Assembly: GCF_021054785.1 (NCBI RefSeq)
Contig: NZ_CP088239.1
Span: forward strand, 30,001 to 62,000
Length of the DNA: 32,000 bases
Source of the DNA: Tannockella kyphosi
GTDB lineage: Bacteria; Bacillota_I; Bacilli_A; Erysipelotrichales; Coprobacillaceae
Direction of reading: 5' to 3'
The notes beneath the pieces were generated by a model. The model was not told the origin of the DNA. It worked only from the letters and a program-made list of their open reading frames with translations, and did no database searches. The stretch's first letter is position 1. Each line of letters opens with the position of its first letter. This document shows, one piece after another, positions 10,140-21,498 of the stretch. The translations under genes and the position numbers were made by a program.

Positions 10140-10793
10140 ATGCAATTTAAAATTAATATTATTGATGATGAAAAACACTTAAATGACTTAGTGCGTACTT
10201 ATTTAGAGAAGGAAGGGTATGCAGTATATTCTTTTTATACATACGACGAGGCTTTAATGCATAAGAGTGATGATGTTCAATTATGGTTAATTGATATTAT
10301 GTTAGATAAAGCAAGTGGTTTTGAGTTATTTCATGAAATTAAGGCGGAAAAACCTAAAATGCCAATTATCTTTATGTCTGCAAGAGATCAAGAGTTTGAT
10401 CGTATCTTGGGATTAGAAAAAGGATCGGATGATTATATTACGAAGCCTTTTAATGTCAAAGAAGTAGTTTTACGTATAAATAACTTATTAAAAAGAGCAT
10501 ATGATGATCCTTCAAAAATCACTATTGATAACTATAATATTGATTTAGAAAAAAGAAGAGTATTTGACTTTGATAAAGAAGTTATTCTAACAACCAAAGA
10601 ATATGATCTCTTAGTTTATTTTATTCGTAACAAAGGATTAGCTATTTCTAGAGAACAAGTGTTAACAAAAGTATGGGATGAAAACTACTATGGTAGTGAT
10701 CGTGTTGTAGATGATACATTACGTCGTCTTAGAAAGAAAATGCCAGAAATTAATGTTCGCACAATCTACGGATTTGGTTATCGGTTAGATTAA
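10140..10793 (+). CDS. OmpR/PhoB-family response regulator
   Basis: Receiver domain (IIDDE ... LWLIDIML ... SARD ... KPF) plus a C-terminal winged-helix ending YGFGYRLD. ATG 10140, 8 nt after AAGGAGG, is preferred over the track's GTG 10131. Stop overlaps the kinase start (TAATG). Confidence 0.9.
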   Translation: MQFKINIIDDEKHLNDLVRTYLEKEGYAVYSFYTYDEALMHKSDDVQLWLIDIMLDKASGFELFHEIKAEKPKMPIIFMSARDQEFDRILGLEKGSDDYITKPFNVKEVVLRINNLLKRAYDDPSKITIDNYNIDLEKRRVFDFDKEVILTTKEYDLLVYFIRNKGLAISREQVLTKVWDENYYGSDRVVDDTLRRLRKKMPEINVRTIYGFGYRLD

Positions 10794-12118
10794 TGATATC
10801 GAAAATTCTATCTAGAATTTCTTTACAAAAACAACTACTACTTATCTTTACACTACTTACACTTACTGTTTTAATTATTATTTTCCCTGTTATTAATAAC
10901 AATTTCCGTATTGTTATTGATGAAGAAATGTACTCTGTATTAGATAGTGCTCAGGATAGTTATCTAGAATATAGTGTTTCTACCCAAAGTACAACCCAAG
11001 AAAAACAAATTTATCACTTATATTATGATAGTGAAACAGATATTGGTTATCCTTCTTTAACAATGACAAGAGAAGATATCATTGCAATGAGGGAAGTATT
11101 TATTGAGGGTTTAAGTGAATTTGTAGCTTCAAATGAGGAAGTTTATCAAGGAAAAGGGGAATATTATTCTTATGATATGTATTATCAAATTGTAAAAATT
11201 GATGATACTAATTATTTAATATCCATTATGTATAGTGATTATTCCACTGATTTAGTACTCTCTTTACAACAACAAGTATTTTATATTTTTTATGGAGCAT
11301 TTGGGTTAATCGGGATTGTTTTATTTTTATGGGTAACTTCTTTAATTAAACCATTGCAATTGATTAAAAAATATATTGAATCAATTAAAGAACAAGAAGA
11401 AAGTGAATTAGTAATAGAACGTAAAGATGAAATAGGTTTAGTAGCTAGATCACTAACCTCGATGAAAGAACAGTTAGATATTGAAAATAAAGTTCAAAAA
11501 GAAATGATTCATAATATTTCTCATGATTTAAAAACACCGATTGCACTAATTAGAACCTATTCAGAAAGTGTAAAAGATGATATTTATCCTTATGGAGATA
11601 AAGATGCATCAATGGATGTTATTATTGAAAATGCAGATCGTTTAGATAAGAAAGTACGTAGCTTGTTGCATTTGAATCGTTTGGAATATTTAGGTAGTAT
11701 TGAAAATATGCATTATATTCAAATGGATGAAGTAATCAATCACTTAAGCTTACAATTACAACAACTACATCCAGATATTGAAATTATTGTTGATTTACAA
11801 GAAGTAACTTATTTAGGAGAAGAAGAAAACTGGCGTATATGTATTGAAAATATTATTGAAAATGCTTATCGATATGCTAGAAAGATAATTAAAATCACAC
11901 TAAATGAAGAGACTTTAGAAATATATAACGATGGACCACCAATTGATTTAGAAAACATGGATGACTTATATAAACCATATCGTAAAGGAACCAAAGGTCA
12001 ATTTGGTTTAGGTTTATCCATTGTTTATAAAACAGTTACTATTTATGGTTATAGCGTAGAAGCAATTAACAAAGAAGAAGGAGTATCCTTTATTATTACA
12101 AAAATAAACAACTTATAA
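10793..12118 (+). CDS. Sensor histidine kinase (two TM segments, extracytoplasmic loop)
   Basis: Two hydrophobic segments flank a loop of about 130 aa. H-box HNISHDLKTP, N-box ENIIENAYRYA, G-boxes YNDGPPI and GLGLSIV. Confidence 0.9.
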   Translation: MISKILSRISLQKQLLLIFTLLTLTVLIIIFPVINNNFRIVIDEEMYSVLDSAQDSYLEYSVSTQSTTQEKQIYHLYYDSETDIGYPSLTMTREDIIAMREVFIEGLSEFVASNEEVYQGKGEYYSYDMYYQIVKIDDTNYLISIMYSDYSTDLVLSLQQQVFYIFYGAFGLIGIVLFLWVTSLIKPLQLIKKYIESIKEQEESELVIERKDEIGLVARSLTSMKEQLDIENKVQKEMIHNISHDLKTPIALIRTYSESVKDDIYPYGDKDASMDVIIENADRLDKKVRSLLHLNRLEYLGSIENMHYIQMDEVINHLSLQLQQLHPDIEIIVDLQEVTYLGEEENWRICIENIIENAYRYARKIIKITLNEETLEIYNDGPPIDLENMDDLYKPYRKGTKGQFGLGLSIVYKTVTIYGYSVEAINKEEGVSFIITKINNL

Positions 12119-12134
12119 CATAAGTTGTTTTTTT
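12107..12134 (+). terminator. Intrinsic terminator overlapping the kinase stop codon
   Basis: AACAACTTAT (12107-12116) / ATAAGTTGTT (12120-12129), 3-nt loop, then TTTTT. Confidence 0.6.
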
Positions 12135-12165
12135 GTTGTATAATAGATGCATTGGAGGGGATTAT

Positions 12166-13182
12166 ATGGATTTAGTAAGATTAGGGAAAACAGGTATCAT
12201 CGTAAATAAAAATGGATTTGGAGCATTACCAATCCAAAGGATTAGTACCCAAGATGCAGTAGATTTAATACAAATGGCATTTCATCAAGGGATTAATTTC
12301 TTTGATAGCGCTAGAGCGTATAGTGATAGTGAAGAAAAAGTCGGACTTGCCTTGCATGCAGTTCGTGAAAAAGTTTATATTGCTACAAAAACAGCAGCAG
12401 TAACAGTGGAAGGATTTTGGCAAGATCTAGAAACAAGTTTAAAGTTATTACAAACAGATTATATTGATATTTATCAATTTCATAATCCTAGTTTTTGTCC
12501 AAAACCAGGAGATGGTTCAGGATTGTATGAAGCTATGTTAGAAGCAAAAGAAAAAGGAATGATTCATCATATTGGTATTACCAATCATCGTCATCATGTT
12601 GCTTATGAAGCCATTGAATCAGGTCTGTATGAAACATTACAATTTCCTTTTAATTATTTAGCAAGCCAAAAAGAGTTAGAATTAGTAGAATTATGTAAAG
12701 AAAAAGAAATAGGATTTATTTGTATGAAAGCGATGTCTGGGGGACTAATTACAAGCTCTTATGTAAGTTATGCACATTTATCATTATATGAACATGTATT
12801 ACCAATATGGGGTGTTCAAAAAGAGAGTGAATTAGCTGAGTTTATTAGTTATCAAACATGCAAACCAATTTATGATCATCAAGTAGAAGAAACAATTAAA
12901 CATGATCGTGATGAATTAGCAGGAGAGTTCTGTCGTGGGTGTGGTTATTGTATGCCTTGTCCAGCAGGCATTGAAATTAATAATGCGGCTAGAATGTCTT
13001 TGTTATTAAGACGTTCTCCAAGTGCAGGATGGTTAGATGAAAATGGACAAGCTATGATGGCTAAGATCAAGGATTGTCTTCATTGTGGCAAATGTATTAG
13101 TAAATGTCCATATGGATTAGACACACCTGAGCTTTTAAAGCGTAATTTAGCTGATTATGAGACGTTTTTAGAAAAGGAGTAA
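12166..13182 (+). CDS. Aldo/keto reductase with C-terminal 2x[4Fe-4S] ferredoxin-like motifs
   Basis: N-terminal AKR pattern (LGKTG ... GFGALPIQR ... INFFDSARAYSDSE ... DIYQFHNP). C-terminal CRGCGYCMPCP and CLHCGKCISKCP. ATG 12166 after GGAGGGG is preferred over the longer track start. Confidence 0.85.
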   Translation: MDLVRLGKTGIIVNKNGFGALPIQRISTQDAVDLIQMAFHQGINFFDSARAYSDSEEKVGLALHAVREKVYIATKTAAVTVEGFWQDLETSLKLLQTDYIDIYQFHNPSFCPKPGDGSGLYEAMLEAKEKGMIHHIGITNHRHHVAYEAIESGLYETLQFPFNYLASQKELELVELCKEKEIGFICMKAMSGGLITSSYVSYAHLSLYEHVLPIWGVQKESELAEFISYQTCKPIYDHQVEETIKHDRDELAGEFCRGCGYCMPCPAGIEINNAARMSLLLRRSPSAGWLDENGQAMMAKIKDCLHCGKCISKCPYGLDTPELLKRNLADYETFLEKE

Positions 13183-13184
13183 TT

Positions 13185-13592
13185 ATGGAAGTAGTTGTAA
13201 TAGACGGCCAAGGTGGAGGCCTAGGGCGTGCTATAGTGGAAGCACTAAAAGCAAGCAAGTTAAATTGTATAGTGATTGGAGTAGGTACGAATAGTATTGC
13301 AACAAGTAACCTTCGTAAAGGTGGAGCAGATTTTGTTGCTACTGGTGAAAATGCGATTATGTATAATGCGAAAAATGCGAATATTATTATCGGACCGATT
13401 GGTATTGCTTTTAGCAATTCAATGTATGGTGAAATATCACCAGCTATGGCTCATGCCATAAACGAAAGTGAAGCAACAAAATACCTATTACCAATTAGTA
13501 AATGTTCAGCAAAAATAATCGGTACAACACAAAAACCAATGAATGAATATATCCAAGAATTAATCGAGATATTAGAAAAAAGAATGAAATAG
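13185..13592 (+). CDS. DUF3842-family protein
   Basis: 135 aa. VIDGQGGGLGRAIVEAL ... GTNSIATS ... ATGENAI ... IGPIGI matches my memory of the DUF3842 pattern. Starts 2 nt after the reductase stop. Confidence 0.7.
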   Translation: MEVVVIDGQGGGLGRAIVEALKASKLNCIVIGVGTNSIATSNLRKGGADFVATGENAIMYNAKNANIIIGPIGIAFSNSMYGEISPAMAHAINESEATKYLLPISKCSAKIIGTTQKPMNEYIQELIEILEKRMK

Positions 13593-13605
13593 CATTCTTT
13601 TTTTT
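13576..13605 (+). terminator. Candidate terminator overlapping the DUF3842 stop
   Basis: AAAAAAGAATG (13576-13586) / CATTCTTTTTT (13593-13603), 6-nt loop, with a continuing T run. Only the GAATG/CATTC core contains G-C pairs. Confidence 0.45.
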
Positions 13606-13623
13606 AATATTTACTAAAATATA

Positions 13624-13632
13624 TGATATAAT
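13624..13632 (+). promoter_or_regulatory. Extended -10 element upstream of the GGDEF gene
   Basis: TGaTATAAT at 13624-13632, 25 nt upstream of ATG 13657. Confidence 0.35.
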
Positions 13633-13656
13633 TATGGGACAAGAGGAGGGGATACT

Positions 13657-15534
13657 ATGGATAAGTTAAAAAACAAAACTACTATTATTACAACATCTAT
13701 TCTTGTAATAGGGTTATTTGTTATCTTCTGTTTTTTAGGAAATGTATCGATAAGTTCTTATTCATTGTATAATGCCCAAATAGAAGATGCCTATTATGAT
13801 GCATCTAATTATGATTTCTTAAATGAAATACCTTTAAATTTAGATGGGTATTGGTTAGAGTATGAAGGAGTCTATTTTGATGAACAAACAGTAGATTATG
13901 ATGTATTAGAAGATGGCAATTATCAACAATTACCGATTACTAGTTTAGACAATGCCAAAGGAACAACATCTTATTTAGTAAACATTTGTTTATCACAAGA
14001 ACAAATGGAAGAGGGAGATTTATTATTATCTATTCCTTATATTGATGAAGATGTTAATGTTTATATAAACGGAATACAAATAGATTATTTTGATATAAAA
14101 GAAGGAGAATCTGTTTTTCATGAAGAATATTCGATGTTTGATATTCTTAGTGAAGTAGACTATGAATTAGAATATCAAGAGATTATTATTAGTATTAATG
14201 ATGATCTTAATGATACAGATCTATTTAAAAGGGATATTTCCTTATCAACAGAATCAAATTTATTGTATTATCAAACAACCGTATTCTTAATGGAAATATT
14301 TTTAGTGTGTACTATGATAGCTACTATTATCGTAGCTTGTGTTTATATTTTGTTTTATAGCCAATCAAAAGCACTTGTATATACGAATTTATTTAGCTGT
14401 GCTCTGTTAATACATATTGTATTTGGGATGACAACTATACCTATGGTGCTTTTTTCAGGGTTAATAGAAAGTGGCTTTGGAGATATCCTATTTGCAAGGA
14501 TTGCTAAAGCATCTTTGATTCTGGCGTTATTTATAGGAAATATTCTATCTATTGAAATATTTGATTCGAAACGTCGAGTATCTCCTAAAGTAGATAAAGC
14601 TGTGAATGTCTTACTTTTATTACTTACGATAGCATCCTACATTTATCCACAATTAATGAACAATACAGGAGTTATTGCAGTAAGTGTGTTCTTATCCATT
14701 AGTATGTTTAGTTTGTTAAACAAGATATATGTAAAAATAAAAAACAACTCTTTTACAAGTTATTATCAGTTCCATTTTATTAAGTCTATTTTAATAGGAA
14801 CAGTAATCTTTATAGATTTAATAACAATTAATGAAGCAATGCGTTTGCGTGAAGTATTAGTAGTATCTTATGGGATATTCTATATTGTGATTTTAGCAAC
14901 CCATGGATATGAATACCAATTCCCATTAATTCATTTATCAAAGAAAAATGAATTATTAGAAGAATTAGTAGAAAAACGCACACAAGAATTAAAGAAACTA
15001 AATAATGAATTACGCTTAACAAATGAAAGAGATGCCCTTACTGGAGCTTCTAATCGACTATTCTTTGAACAAAAGTTAGATGAATATTTAAATAAAGTAA
15101 CAGGTAGTATTTATATGTGTATCTTTGATATTGATGACTTTAAAAAGATTAATGACGTTTATGGCCATAGTGTAGGGGATGATCAATTAATTGAAATTGT
15201 TGAAACTTGCAAAGCTATCTTACCAAAAGATACGTCACTATCTAGAATTGGTGGAGAAGAATTTGCGATACTATTTGTAGATAAACCAGAAATAACAATA
15301 TTACCAATTATTGAAAGAATTCGTTGGCAATTAGAAAATAACGCCAAAAAAGAAGGTCGTACAACAGGTAGTTTTGGAGTATATAAATCAAATTCAAATG
15401 ACAAACGTAAAGAAATATTTATTAAAGCAGATGAATGTTTATATTATGCAAAATCTCATGGAAAAAATACGATTGCTTATAATTTCGATGGTGAGATTAA
15501 AGAAAATAAAAAATGGGCTAATAAAGTATGCTAA
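13657..15534 (+). CDS. Membrane diguanylate cyclase (extracytoplasmic domain, about 7 TM, GGDEF)
   Basis: Signal-anchor helix, about 190-aa extracytoplasmic region (LNLDGYWLEYEG resembles 7TMR-DISMED2 openings), a block of about 7 hydrophobic helices, a coiled linker, then a GGDEF domain (RDALTGASNR, DIDDFKKINDVYGH, GGEEF at 15250-15264). Confidence 0.88.
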   Translation: MDKLKNKTTIITTSILVIGLFVIFCFLGNVSISSYSLYNAQIEDAYYDASNYDFLNEIPLNLDGYWLEYEGVYFDEQTVDYDVLEDGNYQQLPITSLDNAKGTTSYLVNICLSQEQMEEGDLLLSIPYIDEDVNVYINGIQIDYFDIKEGESVFHEEYSMFDILSEVDYELEYQEIIISINDDLNDTDLFKRDISLSTESNLLYYQTTVFLMEIFLVCTMIATIIVACVYILFYSQSKALVYTNLFSCALLIHIVFGMTTIPMVLFSGLIESGFGDILFARIAKASLILALFIGNILSIEIFDSKRRVSPKVDKAVNVLLLLLTIASYIYPQLMNNTGVIAVSVFLSISMFSLLNKIYVKIKNNSFTSYYQFHFIKSILIGTVIFIDLITINEAMRLREVLVVSYGIFYIVILATHGYEYQFPLIHLSKKNELLEELVEKRTQELKKLNNELRLTNERDALTGASNRLFFEQKLDEYLNKVTGSIYMCIFDIDDFKKINDVYGHSVGDDQLIEIVETCKAILPKDTSLSRIGGEEFAILFVDKPEITILPIIERIRWQLENNAKKEGRTTGSFGVYKSNSNDKRKEIFIKADECLYYAKSHGKNTIAYNFDGEIKENKKWANKVC

Positions 15535-15569
15535 AAGAGTGAAGAAATCATTGTTTCTCCACTCTTTTT
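15533..15569. terminator. Bidirectional terminator between the convergent GGDEF gene and queH
   Basis: AAAAGAGTGAAGAAA (15533-15547) / TTTCTCCACTCTTTT (15554-15568) with one mismatch and a 6-nt loop. A/T runs on both sides. Overlaps the queH stop codon. Confidence 0.55.
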
Positions 15570-16165
15570 AACATATCTTGATAACTATAAATACATCCAC
15601 AATAAGTTTGACGATACATATGAAAATCATTTGACATCTTGGTAGACTTCAAATAACCACTATCTTTTTTAAAATCACTGCATAAAAAATGAGTTTCACT
15701 TTGAGGCATCGATAAACCTATTTCATTGATCCATTGACTATTTTTATGAGGCGAAACACTTAAAACAGTAGTCCAATAATCAAAATGATGATGACAAGCA
15801 TAACGATAAGCATCATTCATACGTAGCTTATAACATAAAAAGCAACGTTTTCCACCTTCTGGTTCATTTGCATAAACGGAAAGGTTATGTAAATATTCAA
15901 TAGGCCGATAAGACTGTTCTATTACGTTTATAGAAGAATCAAATTCTTCTATAAAACGTAGCAATTCTTGGTATCTTCTTTGATATTCTGTGTCGGGATA
16001 AATATTTGAATTACTATAATAAATAGTTAATTGAAAATATTCTCTTAACTCCTTAATAACATTACTACTACAAGGACCACAACAAACATGTAATAATAAA
16101 GAAGGTTTTTTATCTTTTATTTTATCCAATTCTTCCTTAAATTTAAGATGATAATTAACTTTCAT
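15548..16165 (-). CDS. queH: Epoxyqueuosine reductase QueH (DUF208)
   Basis: 205 aa with HVCCGPCS plus later Cys motifs CFLCY and YCGC, the QueH signature. Start overlaps the queA stop (TAATG on the minus strand). Confidence 0.88.
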   Translation of the reverse strand: MKVNYHLKFKEELDKIKDKKPSLLLHVCCGPCSSNVIKELREYFQLTIYYSNSNIYPDTEYQRRYQELLRFIEEFDSSINVIEQSYRPIEYLHNLSVYANEPEGGKRCFLCYKLRMNDAYRYACHHHFDYWTTVLSVSPHKNSQWINEIGLSMPQSETHFLCSDFKKDSGYLKSTKMSNDFHMYRQTYCGCIYSYQDMLKRVEKQ

Positions 16166-17189
16166 TATAGAATAAGCATGCTATCACCAAAAGAGAAGAA
16201 ACGATACTCTTCTTCTATTGCTTGAGCATAAGCCTTAAATACTAATTCTTTACTTGAAAAAGCACTAATTAACATTAATAATGTAGATTTAGGAAGATGG
16301 AAATTAGTAATCAAACAATCAATTGCTTCATAGTTATATCCAGGATAAATAAAGATATTTGTATTTTCATTGGTAGCTACAAACTTACCATATTTCTTTA
16401 TATTACTTTCTAATACTCTTGTAGAAGTAGTACCAACACTAATAATACGTTTACCAGTAGCTTTAGCATGATTTAATGTATCAGCTACTTGTTCATCAAT
16501 CATATAAAACTCACTATGCATTTCATGATCCAGAATATCATCGACTTTTACAGGACGAAAAGTTCCTAAACCAACATGTAAAGTAACATCTACAATTTGA
16601 ATTCCTTTTTCTTTTATTTTTTTATTAATTTCAGGGGTAAAATGCAATCCTGCTGTAGGAGCAGCAGCACTTCCTTCTATTTTAGCATAGACTGTTTGGT
16701 AACGATCTTTTTCTTCTAGTTTTTCTTTAATATAAGGAGGTAAAGGCATGGTACCTAGCTGATCTAATATTTCATAGAAAATACCTTCATAGATCATTTC
16801 AAAAACACGTAAACCTTCTTCTTTTATTTCAATACATTTTGCTTTTAGAGAACCTTCTCCAAAACTAATAACTGTATTTAATTTTACTATTCTAGCATTA
16901 CCAACTAAACATTCCCATGTATCATTCGATAATTCTTTTAAAAGCAATAGTTCTACATGACCATTTGTTTCTTCTTTAATACCAAATAAACGAGCAGGAA
17001 TAACTTTTGTATTATTACGAACTAAGATATCACCAGCTTCTAAATAATCTAGAATATCATAAAAGTGTTTATGTTCAATTTCACCACTATCACGATGAAC
17101 AACCATTAATTTAGAAGTATCTCTTTTTTCTAAAGGGGTTTGTGCTATTAAAGATTCTGGTAAATCAAAATCAAAATCACTTACTTTCA

Positions 17190-17190
<1 letters not shown>
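16165..17190 (-). CDS. queA: S-adenosylmethionine:tRNA ribosyltransferase-isomerase
   Basis: 341 aa. [21 protein letters not shown]-terminus, [10 protein letters not shown], and [11 protein letters not shown]-terminus are typical of QueA. Confidence 0.95.
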
Positions 17191-19572
<2,382 letters not shown>

Positions 19573-19611
19573 TCAGAGCATTCCATAGAAGTTGAGTTTA
19601 CGTATAAAATG

Positions 19612-19650
19612 AACAGCTAAGCGGCAAATCAAGTCAGTTAGCTGTTTTAT
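19612..19650 (+). terminator. Candidate terminator after the methyltransferase gene
   Basis: AACAGCTAA (19612-19620) / TTAGCTGTT (19638-19646), then TTTTAT. The 17-nt loop is unusually large. Confidence 0.35.
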
Positions 19651-19651
19651 T

Positions 19652-20146
19652 ATGTGTTGGATAAATATGTTACATCCTTTTAAGTGTAATGAAGATGATA
19701 GTTTTTTCATATTTGTGACTTCTACCTTTAATGGCACAGCTATAAAACTTGTAGTGGGAATGAAAAAACTAGATGAAAACTCTACAACTTCATCTTGTGC
19801 AGATGCGACAATTCTACAAGGTATACTCCAAAGATCAAATTGGTCAGATGCTGTCTGACCAAAAATAGGGGAATTAAAACATCAAGATATTGGACAGATG
19901 CAGATGTATGTTAACTATTGTGATAGAGAAGTCAAGCTGCCAGAAGAAAATGCTACAATAGGGATTATTTTATGCAAAGATAAGAAGCAAGCCATACCAG
20001 ATTGCCTCTCTAATATGAAAGATGTTTTAGATGCAGAATCACTATCTACTCTTGTTGGTGATAGAGAAGATGCTATTATACTAGACAACCCTAAGAAATC
20101 TAAAGAAAATAATATACATGAAAAGAATATCCAAACCATATGTTAA
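19652..20146 (+). pseudogene. Decayed C-terminal fragment of a DUF1016/YhcG-type PD-(D/E)XK nuclease
   Basis: Two track ORFs (19652-19858 and 19898-20146) share one frame and are separated by a single TGA (19856-19858). The core 19862-19993 reads KIGELKHQDIGQMQMYVNYCDREVKLPEENATIGIILCKDKKQA, which matches the conserved DUF1016 block as I remember it (LKIGELTHQDxGQMQMYVNYYDR ... ENPTIGIxLC). Flanking sequence no longer resembles the family. The N-terminal roughly 200 aa of a normal member are absent. No SD. Confidence 0.55.
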
Positions 20147-20274
20147 GAGTAGATATACGCTGACTGATATATTTATAATGCAGTATAGTACATTGAATTT
20201 GGTTAAAAATAAACATAAATACTAATTATAAGCCTAATAGCAAGCTTTTTTATGTGATTGCTTTGCCTAATGAA

Positions 20275-20303
20275 TTGATTATCGCCTAAAGTGATGGTAT
20301 AAT
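20275..20303 (+). promoter_or_regulatory. Strong sigma-A-type promoter for fic
   Basis: TTGATT (20275-20280), 17-nt spacer ending in TG, TATAAT (20298-20303). This gives a full extended -10, TGgTATAAT, 27 nt upstream of the fic ATG. Confidence 0.55.
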
Positions 20304-20329
20304 TAGGAGAAAGAAAAGGAGGTAGGTGA

Positions 20330-21379
20330 ATGAGATTTTTTGATTATACTACATTGAAAGATTATACGTGGGATAGTGAGTTATTAGGTCTGGTTGCACA
20401 AATACATGAATACAAAGGTAGGCAAGAACTTTATTTAAAGCAAAAACCCCAATCATTGGATAAGTTGATCGAAATTGCTAAAATTCAAAGTACAGAGGCT
20501 TCTAATAAAATTGAAGGTATTGTTACAACAAGCACACGAGTAAAACAGTTGATGTTAGAAAAAACGACTCCTCAAAATAGAGATGAAGAAGAAATAATAG
20601 GGTATCGTGATGTACTTAATACAATTCACGAAAGTTATGAATATATTCCTATTCGTTCTTCTTATATTTTACAACTTCATAGAGATTTATATAAATACTC
20701 AGAAAAATCAATTGGAGGAAGATTTAAAAATACGCAAAATGTTATTGCTGAGACGAGCTTAGATGGAACGCAAAAGGTTCGATTTATGCCACTTCCACCT
20801 CATGAAACCAAAGCAGCAATTGATGCTATTTGTGAGAGCTTTAATAGTGTAATTGATTCTTGTGTAATTGATCCGTTAGTTTTAATTCCTATTTTTATTA
20901 ATGACTTCTTGTGTATTCATCCATTTAATGATGGTAATGGTCGTATGTCGAGACTTCTTACAACATTATTGTTATACCGCAGTGGTTATGTGGTTGGTAG
21001 ATATATAAGTTTAGAGAGTAAGATAGAAAAAACGAAAATGAAATATTATGATGTGCTTGAGGAATGTGGTATAAATTGGCACGAAAATACAAATGATCCG
21101 GTACCTTTTATAAAATATATACTTGGTATTATTCTTGCGGCTTATCGAGATTTTGAAATGAGGGTAGATTATGTAGATGAAAAACTCCCAGCGATAGAGC
21201 AAGTTAGAAAAGCTGTTAGCAATAAACTTGGTAAGTTTACAAAGAGCGAAATAATGGAATTCGTTCCTTCTATAGGAAAAGCATCTATTGAAAATTCTTT
21301 AAAAACACTTACAGAAGAAGGTTTTATAACTCGTCATGGAAAGGGAAAAGCTACATTTTATACTAGAAATGATATGTAA
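20330..21379 (+). CDS. Class II Fic-family protein (N-terminal inhibitory helix, Fic core, C-terminal winged helix)
   Basis: 349 aa. Fic motif HPFNDGNGRMSR at 20918-20953. Inhibitory-helix motif SNKIEG (SxxxEG) at 20501-20518. The C-terminal roughly 70 aa (KFTKSEIMEFVP ... LTEEGFITRHGKGKATFY) look like a wHTH. AGGAGG SD. Confidence 0.9.
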   Translation: MRFFDYTTLKDYTWDSELLGLVAQIHEYKGRQELYLKQKPQSLDKLIEIAKIQSTEASNKIEGIVTTSTRVKQLMLEKTTPQNRDEEEIIGYRDVLNTIHESYEYIPIRSSYILQLHRDLYKYSEKSIGGRFKNTQNVIAETSLDGTQKVRFMPLPPHETKAAIDAICESFNSVIDSCVIDPLVLIPIFINDFLCIHPFNDGNGRMSRLLTTLLLYRSGYVVGRYISLESKIEKTKMKYYDVLEECGINWHENTNDPVPFIKYILGIILAAYRDFEMRVDYVDEKLPAIEQVRKAVSNKLGKFTKSEIMEFVPSIGKASIENSLKTLTEEGFITRHGKGKATFYTRNDM

Positions 21380-21498
21380 TTATTAAGAATGTGGGCTAGA
21401 ATAAGTACATATTTGTCTTAACAGTCCAACAAAACACCAATGCTCTAAGTTAACAGCGTTATTTGATTGGATATTAGAGATTTTGATAAGGAGAGATT

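Noticed and set aside
19575-21452. 8-bp inverted match (AGAGCATT near 19576 and AATGCTCT near 21444) flanking the pseudogene and fic segment, considered as possible element ends.
   Set aside because: It is only 8 bp with no extension on either side, which is expected by chance over 2 kb on both strands.
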